Notes under the pieces: model-generated
Told to the model about the DNA's origin: nothing
Database searches by the model: none
Seen by the model: the letters and a program-made list of their open reading frames with translations, nothing else
Shown here: one piece after another, positions 8,319-15,375 of the stretch
Layout: every line of letters starts with the position of its first letter
How positions within the stretch are numbered: position 1 is the stretch's first letter
NCBI GenBank assembly: GCA_024704765.1
Contig: JAKMXF010000134.1
Location: 1-15,375, forward strand
Direction: 5' to 3'
Source: Oopsacas minuta
Taxonomy: Eukaryota; Animalia; Porifera
DNA: 15,375 nt
Program-made: the position numbers and the translations under genes

Positions 8319-11279
8319 ATGTATCAGAACGGTAGAGGTGCTCAGGGGTTTGGCAGAGGCGGGAGGGGCGAGGCTCTCCTCAAAGCTGCTGAGACTATTC
8401 TCAGACGACCAGGAGAACAAGTTTCTGGACCACTGTCTCACCCCTCTACACAGTATCCTAGTCAACTGCCCCCTCCTCCTCCCTTAGCAGAATCTGGTAC
8501 CTCCCAACCAGTACAGCCTCTTACTACCATACAGCAGCCCTATCAGGCAGGTTATCAGCAGCAAACCCCTGTTTATGGGCCCTCCTCTTATCCTCAGATG
8601 CCATATCCCCCCGCTGTACCAGCGCCTGTAGCACCTCTCCCCCCTTCCTCTGTTGAGTCCCAGTCTACACCTACTTCCGGCTTTGGAAGAGGAGTACTTC
8701 GAATGGCAACGTCTTCTGTAACCCAGGCAGCTGAAGCTCTTGGCGATCTCTCTTTGGAGCAGAGATCCGGATCACTTATCGAAACCCCTAGTTCTGGTGT
8801 AGGAACTCTCTCAGTATCAAATTCTTCTCAGATGTTTTCTCCCACATTTCAAGGAAGTTCCACCTCCGGGCCACTCACATCTCAGAAGACTACTAATAGC
8901 AGCTTATCCCCACAGGAAATCGCAACTTCCCAAATTACCCCTATCTTGAGAGAGAAGTATATGGGACTAGCATCTAAGGAGACAATCAGTTCGGTGGGTA
9001 CTGCTGGAACCTCTACCAAGATGTTTTCTAACTATATTCGTGTGAGATCTATAGCCCAGGGAGTGTACCACTATATGGTTACCTTCTCCCCTGAGATAGA
9101 TAGCAAGAACATGCGTTATAAACTGCTAAATATGCATCGGGAAGTGATCGGTGAGACTCGAGCTTTTGATGGGACTACTCTATACTCACCTAAGACCATC
9201 ACCGAATCTATTATCGAGCTAGAATCTACTCGCCCTACTGACGGAGCTCCGATCAAAATCAAAGTAGAGAAAATACGAATACTGCAAGCTAAAGACTCTC
9301 TACAACTCTTCAACGTTATATTCAGACGTGTGATGCGACAGCTACAATTGAGACAAGTGGGCAGACACTACTACGACCCTATCCACCCTATCAACATTCC
9401 ACAACACAAACTCGAGCTTTGGCCTGGTTACATAACATCTATACATGCATATGAAGATCAGCTGCTACTTATGTTAGACGTATCACACAAACTGCTCCGT
9501 ACAGACTCTGCATTGGACTTTCTATACGATATGTATCATCAGCAGACTCAGAGTTTCCAGGAGCAAGTAACCAAACAGCTGGTGGGAACGGTTGTATTGA
9601 CTCGTTACAATAACAACACCTATCGTGTGGATGATATAGAATGGAATATGAACCCTCAGAGCACATTTACAAGCTCACACACAGGAGAGACTATATCTTT
9701 CGAGGAGTATTACAAGAAACAGTACCAGATAGAGATTGTAGACAAAGAACAGCCTTTGCTTATACACAGGATGAAGAAACGACGCGCGCCCCTCCAGCCT
9801 GGTCAGGTAGTAGCAGAACAAGTTGAGCACATCATCTGTCTTGTTCCAGAACTCTGCTTCATGACTGGACTAACTGAAACCGCAAGAGCCGACTTTAAGG
9901 TTATGAAGGATGTAGCTATTTATACTCGTCTTAGCGCCAGGGAAAGGATCAAAGCTCTGGAAAAGTTTGTGATTAATGTGGAGAATACGCCTGAAGCGAA
10001 GCTAGAGTTAGAAAAATGGGGTCTGAAGCTGGAGAAACATATGATTGATATCGATGCTAGAGTGCTTCCAATAGAGAAGATAAATTTCAGAAATACTAGT
10101 GTGAGTGCGGGAAAAGAGGCTGACTGGGGGCGTGACCTGACTAAGGAAAACGTAATCACTCCGGTACAGATTTCTCATTGGCTTTTGATTTTTACCAAAC
10201 GAGATCATCAAAGAGCTTTTGACTTCTACAATGCGATGTCTAAGGTATGTCCCCCAATGGGAATATCAATTGATCAACCTAAAGTAATCGAATTGGCTGA
10301 TGATCGTACAGATAGCTATCTTAGAGGAATTAGAGAAAATCTCCAGTCTACACTACAGCTAGTGGTTACTATATTTCCAACACAGAGAGATGACCGCTAT
10401 AGTGCTGTAAAGAAGCTGTGCTGTATTGACTCTCCTGTACCCTCACAAGTAATCAATTCTAAGACTATCTCAAATCCATCCAAACTTAGGAGTGTCGCAC
10501 AGAAGATTGCCTTACAGATCAACTGTAAGTTGGGGGGAGAACTCTGGGCTCTAGATATTCCTCTCAAGAACTTGATGGTTGTTGGGATAGATGTCTACCA
10601 TGATACAGCTCAAGGTCGGAACTCAATTGGAGCATTTGTCGCATCATCGAATCATCTGTGTACCCGCTGGTATTCTCGCGTTACTATACAGATGAAAGGT
10701 CAAGAGATTGTAGATGGTCTCAAAACCTGTCTGGTCGCAGCTTTACGTAAATATCACGATTGTAATGGAGTGCTGCCAGAAAGAATAATAGTCTACAGGG
10801 ATGGAGTAGGGGATGGACAGATGTCTACTGTCAATGATTACGAAGTTCCTCAACTACTCTCATGTTTTGAATCGTTTTTAGATTACCATCCGAAGTTCGC
10901 TACAGTGGTTGTCCAGAAACGAATCAATACTCGCATTTTTGTCCAAATTGGAGGCGCAGCAGACAATGCCCCCCCTGGTAGTATTGTGGACCATACCATT
11001 ACTAGAATGGGATGGTATGACTTTTTCTTAGTTAGTCAACACGTGAGACAAGGAACAGTAACGCCTACACATTACAATGTAGTATATGATACTTCTGGCC
11101 TCAAACCGGATCACATGCAGAGATTGTCATACAAACTAACTCATCTTTACTATAATTGGCCAGGAACAGTTCGTGTTCCTGCTCCTTGTCAGTATGCCCA
11201 TAAACTAGCCTTCTTAGTAGGACAAAGTTTGCATAAATCCCCAAATCTAGAGCTCTCAGACCGCTTATTCTTTCTCTGA
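8319..11279 (+). CDS. PIWIL2: Piwi protein, PIWIL2/Ago3-like clade, 986 aa, single exon, predicted active slicer
   Basis: N-terminal GRG motifs. N domain VYHYMVTFSPEIDSKNMRYKLL...AFDGTTLYSP. PAZ VLTRYNNNTYRVDDIEW...FEEYYKKQY...QPLL...LVPELCFMTGL. MID RDDRYSAVKKLCC...PSQVIN...QINCKLGGELW. PIWI tetrad D758 (GIDVYHD), E796, D828 (YRDGVGDG), H961 (YAHKLA). C-terminus LSDRLFFL. TFSP, KKLCC and LFFL resemble PIWIL2 rather than PIWIL1; the clade call is from recalled motifs, not a tree. Confidence 0.96.
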   Translation: MYQNGRGAQGFGRGGRGEALLKAAETILRRPGEQVSGPLSHPSTQYPSQLPPPPPLAESGTSQPVQPLTTIQQPYQAGYQQQTPVYGPSSYPQMPYPPAVPAPVAPLPPSSVESQSTPTSGFGRGVLRMATSSVTQAAEALGDLSLEQRSGSLIETPSSGVGTLSVSNSSQMFSPTFQGSSTSGPLTSQKTTNSSLSPQEIATSQITPILREKYMGLASKETISSVGTAGTSTKMFSNYIRVRSIAQGVYHYMVTFSPEIDSKNMRYKLLNMHREVIGETRAFDGTTLYSPKTITESIIELESTRPTDGAPIKIKVEKIRILQAKDSLQLFNVIFRRVMRQLQLRQVGRHYYDPIHPINIPQHKLELWPGYITSIHAYEDQLLLMLDVSHKLLRTDSALDFLYDMYHQQTQSFQEQVTKQLVGTVVLTRYNNNTYRVDDIEWNMNPQSTFTSSHTGETISFEEYYKKQYQIEIVDKEQPLLIHRMKKRRAPLQPGQVVAEQVEHIICLVPELCFMTGLTETARADFKVMKDVAIYTRLSARERIKALEKFVINVENTPEAKLELEKWGLKLEKHMIDIDARVLPIEKINFRNTSVSAGKEADWGRDLTKENVITPVQISHWLLIFTKRDHQRAFDFYNAMSKVCPPMGISIDQPKVIELADDRTDSYLRGIRENLQSTLQLVVTIFPTQRDDRYSAVKKLCCIDSPVPSQVINSKTISNPSKLRSVAQKIALQINCKLGGELWALDIPLKNLMVVGIDVYHDTAQGRNSIGAFVASSNHLCTRWYSRVTIQMKGQEIVDGLKTCLVAALRKYHDCNGVLPERIIVYRDGVGDGQMSTVNDYEVPQLLSCFESFLDYHPKFATVVVQKRINTRIFVQIGGAADNAPPGSIVDHTITRMGWYDFFLVSQHVRQGTVTPTHYNVVYDTSGLKPDHMQRLSYKLTHLYYNWPGTVRVPAPCQYAHKLAFLVGQSLHKSPNLELSDRLFFL

Positions 11280-11693
11280 GTTATTTCTATGATTAGTTTG
11301 AATTGTGTATTTGATCAGTATGGGTATTTCTTCATTAGCCTATTTACATTCAAATTGATTTATAAATTACTTTGATATTGTATAGTAATATGCAAGTGTT
11401 TGGCGAATTCCATGCTCGAGTATATTAAATGAATTAAAGCTTCTCATTCAGTAAATTCATGTAAGGAGGTTTCTCGGGATTACTCTTACGAGGAGTTCAG
11501 TCTGCCCAGGTCAAATATGTTACTTATTATCTAATGTAATTCAACTAATTCTCTACTTTAGACTGACTAGATTCTATGATAATGGTACGTTGGGTCCTTA
11601 TTCAATACAATTGCTAAAGTTAACATTTGTAATGTTTCCAGAAAACATTTCCTAAACTGAACCAGCCAGTAAACACATAAGTATCTGACCACA

Positions 11694-11810
11694 TAGGATC
11701 GGGTGTCAATCGAATATCTGTATTCGCCTATTCGGTATTCGGTTTGAGTAACCAAATGTTATTAGAGTTCGGTTATGCAGCTAATCATGAATATTGATAT
11801 TCGGTTCGAG
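11694..11810. repeat. TATTCG(G) repeat cluster, probable hAT subterminal remnant
   Basis: CGAATATC, TATTCGCC, TATTCGGTATTCGG, GTTCGG and ATATTCGG within about 115 bp. No matching end or TSD. Confidence 0.5.
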
Positions 11811-12261
11811 CGATAAAACTTTGCTTATATATAGCCAAAGCACTAATACACAAAGGCAATTCTCTTGTACCAGGGATTGGTTAAACGAGTTTGGGATTAT
11901 TATGCTGGAGTATATATCTCAGAAACAATGCACTTTGGGCCGAATGAATGTATTACATACTTGTAGGAATACATGTTATCATTCCATAAAAGTAAAACTT
12001 TTGTCAAAATATGCCAAATTATATACTTTGTTATCAATAATTCAGCGAATTATCAAAAATGCTCCATCTTTAAAATCATGTAGAAACGTTAAATATTGAT
12101 ATTAGACTAAAATGTTGAAATATGAAATGTTATAAAATCGTTTCTACAAAAAATAAAAATTGTCAGATAAAGCTAGCAAGTTTCTGAGTTATAGCACATG
12201 TTTTGTCATTGTCCGCAGTATAATTGGATACAATAAACCTTTTCCAAATGTATTTTAAGCT

Positions 12262-12288
12262 CTGTTCGGATTAGCGAGGGTCTACTGC
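12262..12288 (-). repeat. Right transposon-like terminus; inverted partner at 7542-7568
   Basis: CTGTTCGGATTAGCGAGGGTCTACTGC, 25/27 to the reverse complement of 7542-7568. Confidence 0.85.
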
Positions 12289-12400
12289 ATTCCATGTAAC
12301 TGGAGTTTACCGTATATTAAATATTTTCTATAAATGAATTTTGCCCCAAATGATTCACTTAAACTATTAGAAATAACAGATTCAATATATATAGCTCAAC

Positions 12401-12495
12401 TATAGTATAGTATAGTATAGTATAGTATAGTATAGTATAGTATAGTATAGTATAGTATAGTATAGTATAGTATAGTATAGTATAGTATAGTATAN
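12401..12495. repeat. (TATAG)n pentanucleotide microsatellite
   Basis: 18 perfect TATAG units (12401-12490) plus TATAN. The ambiguous base at 12495 makes the length unreliable. Confidence 0.98.
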
Positions 12496-12842
12496 TATTA
12501 TTCATTAAATAGAAACATCACCGATTGTGTCGTATCACGATTATAATGAATAGCGTTATATGATTTCATACCACAATGATATAACAGAAATTTATTGTAC
12601 AATAGGGGGATCATTTTCGTCAAAACAGTAGGTCCGTTAAATACAGTTGTGGTAATAATATAGATACCGAATAAGTATTTGCTGTAATAAACAGGTTTAA
12701 GTCCGGTGCACAAACAAGTATCAAGAGGATAGTGGTCGCTATGGAGAGGACAGAGGGGATTATAATGAGAAATCGGAAGGGCTGTTTTAGGTGACTGTTA
12801 CGCAAGTTTACTGTATTTAATTTATGGTATTTACTATCATTA

Positions 12843-12848
12843 TTTATT
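12843..12848 (-). promoter_or_regulatory. Candidate polyadenylation signal for DNAJC3
   Basis: AATAAA on the minus strand about 150 nt past the stop codon. The AT-rich background makes chance matches likely. Confidence 0.3.
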
Positions 12849-12996
12849 TATACACAGTGGAATTGAATAAATTGTTAATAATCTAATCTAGGCCAACATT
12901 CATAATTCATCATTTATCCTCAAAATATCATGACTTGAGACCTAAACCCCTGCAGCAAAGGAGAGATAGCCAAATAGGAGAGCTATTAAAACCAGA

Positions 12997-14436
12997 TTAA
13001 AAGTTGAATTTAAAAGAGAATCCACCCCCACCTCCTCCAAATGGAAACCCATGATGAGGTCCTTGGTGCCAATGATGCTGTTTCCCATTTTCAGGATCTA
13101 AAGGATCCTCTCCTCGATCATATTTCTCTCTCTTCTCCTTGTTGGTGAGAACTTCCTTAGCAGCTGCTATGTCTATGAATTTCTTCTCAGCACGTTCCTT
13201 TTCAATCGGGTCAGGGAACATATCAGGATGCCATTCTTGTGCCAGTTGTCTGTAAGCCTTCATAATCTCCTTCTTGCCAGCTGTTCGCTTTACTCCCAGT
13301 ATTTTGTAGTAATCTCGTTTGCCTGCTTGTTTCTGTAGCTTCAATACTCTGTCTAGACCATCTGCTGCCCGCTTAAAATGAGGATCAATTTCCTTAGCAT
13401 TCCTAAAGTCTTTCATAGCTTCATCAAGCATGTCACTGTCTATGTACTGGTCAGCTCGATCACATATTACGTTAATATCGTTAGGCTGCAATTCTAGCGC
13501 TTCTTTACACCACTTGAGTACGTCATCCAGGACTCCTAGCTTACGATGTGTGTGACAGAGTCTAGCCTTTATTCTGAAAATAAAGTGAGTCACTTCTGTC
13601 TCCGTAGAGAGGCTACGTTCCAGCTCTGCTGCAGCTTGTGGGTACTTCTCTTGATTTAACAAATCCTCAGCAGTCTCCAGCTGTTTGTTCAGTTTCTTAG
13701 CTTTTTTGTAATGTTTGAAGCAGGCTGAGTCATCTGGATCTAGTCTGAGGCACTCTCTCACTGAGTTTAGAGACTCTGTCAATTCTCCTGTGCTGTAATG
13801 TAGTAGAGACAGTCTCAGCAGCACTAAGGTATCACCCGCTAGCATAACACTAGCTACACGGAGATCTGCTACCGCGTCACCGTTTCTCTCCAAAAGCTCG
13901 TTAGCAAAGGCTCTCCGTAGCCGGAGGTCCGTATCCCATGGACTGATGTCCAGTATTGATCCGGTAATTTCTCTAATAGCTGTGTAATCTGATTCTTTTG
14001 TGGTGGAGAGAATCACACGCCGTTCTTTGATAAAATTCAGTTTGTTACGAATATCTTCAAGTCCTTCATGATCGTCTGGAATCAGAGCTAGGTCTTCACC
14101 TGCCTCTACAGATTTTCCCTGTTTCACATACAGGAGAGCTCGCTGGAAACGAGCCTGAGTAAATTCTGGGTTTATCTGTAATGAACTTGTGAAGTCAACC
14201 ATGGCTTGCAGGACGCGACCCATGGCAAGATATACGGTAGCTCTGCGGTAGTGTGTCAAGAAGTTGTTAGGATCTCCATCAATTGCGGAGTGGAAGTGGG
14301 AGAGAGCTTCATCCAGTCTTCCTAGAGTCAGAGCTTCTTTGCCCTTCAACAAGTGCTCGTCTACTTCATTTCGTGACAAGAGATTGCAGTTCTGAAATAA
14401 GATTGACAAGAGAGTCAAAACGAAGAATACATTCAT
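12997..14436 (-). CDS. DNAJC3: DnaJ homolog subfamily C member 3 (P58IPK), 479 aa from the first ATG, single exon
   Basis: Hydrophobic signal peptide MNVFFVLTLLSILF. TPR repeats (ALSHFHSAIDGDPNNFLTHYRRATVYLAMG, ECLRLDPDDSACF). C-terminal J domain RDYYKILGV...WHPD...AEKKFIDIAAAKEVL, then GEDPLDPE and the GGGGGFSFKFNF tail. The track start at 14445 is TTG; the first ATG is 14436. Confidence 0.96.
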   Translation of the reverse strand: MNVFFVLTLLSILFQNCNLLSRNEVDEHLLKGKEALTLGRLDEALSHFHSAIDGDPNNFLTHYRRATVYLAMGRVLQAMVDFTSSLQINPEFTQARFQRALLYVKQGKSVEAGEDLALIPDDHEGLEDIRNKLNFIKERRVILSTTKESDYTAIREITGSILDISPWDTDLRLRRAFANELLERNGDAVADLRVASVMLAGDTLVLLRLSLLHYSTGELTESLNSVRECLRLDPDDSACFKHYKKAKKLNKQLETAEDLLNQEKYPQAAAELERSLSTETEVTHFIFRIKARLCHTHRKLGVLDDVLKWCKEALELQPNDINVICDRADQYIDSDMLDEAMKDFRNAKEIDPHFKRAADGLDRVLKLQKQAGKRDYYKILGVKRTAGKKEIMKAYRQLAQEWHPDMFPDPIEKERAEKKFIDIAAAKEVLTNKEKREKYDRGEDPLDPENGKQHHWHQGPHHGFPFGGGGGGFSFKFNF

Positions 14437-14566
14437 TACAGACAAATCTTATAAAGATACAAAAGAAGGTACTTGCGTAAAATATTCAAGAAAACTAATA
14501 TTAGAATCTGTGAGAATATTCAATAATTTAAAGTAACTCTATCTATAGTATAGACTCTATTAGTAT

Positions 14567-14585
14567 CGTGTCTTTGTTTGATTGG
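14567..14585 (-). promoter_or_regulatory. ERSE-like ER-stress response element upstream of DNAJC3
   Basis: Minus strand CCAAT-CAAACAAAG-ACACG: exact 9-nt spacer and one mismatch to CCAAT-N9-CCACG, 131-149 bp upstream of the ATG. Confidence 0.55.
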
Positions 14586-14659
14586 ATAAAGAGAAAATGA
14601 GTATTAATTGTTCGGTACGTGTATCTATAATATTATAAGACAATTAGTATGGGGGTAAA

Positions 14660-14738
14660 ATACATGTTCCGTCCCGATGCCCAACCGGCGTCCCCTTACG
14701 TAACCGGACGGTTGGTTACGCATCCGGTCATCCGGTTA
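14660..14738. repeat. Short GC-rich CCGG-repeat/hairpin island, probable transposon remnant
   Basis: CGTAACC-N8-GGTTACG stem (14699-14720). TAACCGGA (14701-14708) and TCCGGTTA (14731-14738) are inverted. Tandem CATCCGGT units. Confidence 0.45.
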
Positions 14739-14961
14739 ATTAATTAACTTAATGTGATAATTAAGTGTCAAGTTGTGCTCATATTCACTACTGGAATTCG
14801 CTGCTGATTTCAAACGTAATTTTATGTAATTTACGAGTCTTTTGTCAATCGGGTTATTTTGTCGTTTTGGCATTGTAATCAAATGGAATACAAAAATTCT
14901 CCACTGTATGAAGAATCCCAGTACCTTTTCGATATTTTTTATAATCAATCTTTGTCTTTAG

Positions 14962-15201
14962 CAGAGGATTAAGCGTTCTTCAATTTTAGAGCGCGCTCTC
15001 GTTGTGTGCAGACACATCCGCTCCTTACTCAGAAAAGGAGCGCACTCCGACTCCTGCTCCAGGAAAAATGGAGCGCGCTCCTATGTATTCTATCACATTT
15101 ACATTAGAGCATCCGCTTATACCAAGAATACTGAATTTTATGAGAATAACGATGAAATTTGTAATTGTTTGCAATTAAATAGGAGCGCGCTCCAGGTCCC
15201 G
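14962..15201. repeat. Array of GAGCGCGCTC palindromes, probable hAT-type MITE remnant
   Basis: AGAGCGCGCTCT (14988-14999), GGAGCGCACTCC (15037-15048) and GGAGCGCGCTCC (15070-15081, 15182-15193), plus CGCTC half-sites. No paired TIR or TSD established. Confidence 0.6.
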
Positions 15202-15212
15202 CTCTTTCAATG

Positions 15213-15298
15213 CTGTGGCTTTAGGGATAGGTAGATAGGGAGCTAGGATCCAAAGAAATTAGTGCCTAGAGGCCTCTTAAGTGGTTAGTCCGCCACTG
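15213..15298. mobile_element. Orphan right end of a CAGTGGCGGA-type MITE
   Basis: Ends TTAGTCCGCCACTG (reverse complement CAGTGGCGGACTAA). No left end found and the left boundary is approximate. Confidence 0.45.
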
Positions 15299-15375
15299 AA
15301 CATAGTATGTATACATATATACATATACCTATACTAGCGGGATTCGATAAGAGAATGCTCATATTAACTAATTAG

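Noticed and set aside
8280-10211. Antisense and alternative-frame ORFs overlapping Piwi
   Set aside because: All are under 80 aa, as expected for shadows of a long coding sequence.
11794-12099. 101-aa plus-strand ORF inside the bracketing termini, considered as a transposase remnant
   Set aside because: No DDE or HTH motif recognised and the composition is typical of AT-rich non-coding DNA.
12401-12495. Telomeric or CRISPR interpretation of the repeat
   Set aside because: TATAG is not a TTAGGG or TTAGG unit, and there are no spacers.
12498-12805. Hydrophobic minus-strand ORFs suggesting a membrane-protein pseudogene
   Set aside because: Hydrophobic translation is expected from AT-rich DNA, there are several stops, and no family motif is present.
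14437-14445. 3-aa extension of DNAJC3 in the track
   Set aside because: It depends on a TTG start. The ATG at 14436 begins the signal peptide.
14283-15234. ORFs 14283-14480, 14736-14948 and 15004-15234
   Set aside because: Antisense shadow or repeat-derived, with no domains.

Overview
AT-rich eukaryotic window, most likely an invertebrate animal, read with the standard code. It holds three long uninterrupted (apparently intronless) genes: an MFSD12-like MFS transporter (minus strand), a PIWIL2-clade Piwi with an intact DEDH slicer tetrad (plus strand), and a DNAJC3/P58IPK TPR + J-domain ER co-chaperone (minus strand). The supplied track starts MFSD12 and DNAJC3 at GTG/TTG; the first in-frame ATGs are at 4083 and 14436. 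The intergenic DNA is a dense mosaic of DNA-transposon derivatives. These include a 562-bp hAT deletion derivative with perfect 20-bp TIRs, an 8-bp TSD and a transposase dimerisation-domain remnant, two further hAT-type MITEs with 8-bp TSDs, three TA-flanked CAGT-terminated MITEs, several orphan termini and a (TATAG)n tract ending at an N. The leads most worth following are: (1) a 25/27 inverted pair of transposon termini about 4.75 kb apart that brackets the whole intronless Piwi gene, without a TSD, so unproven; (2) a near-canonical ERSE (CCAAT-N9-ACACG) upstream of DNAJC3; (3) nested insertions whose order can be read from the sequence. No tRNA, rRNA or CRISPR array was recognised. All family assignments are from motif recognition by eye, with no database search.
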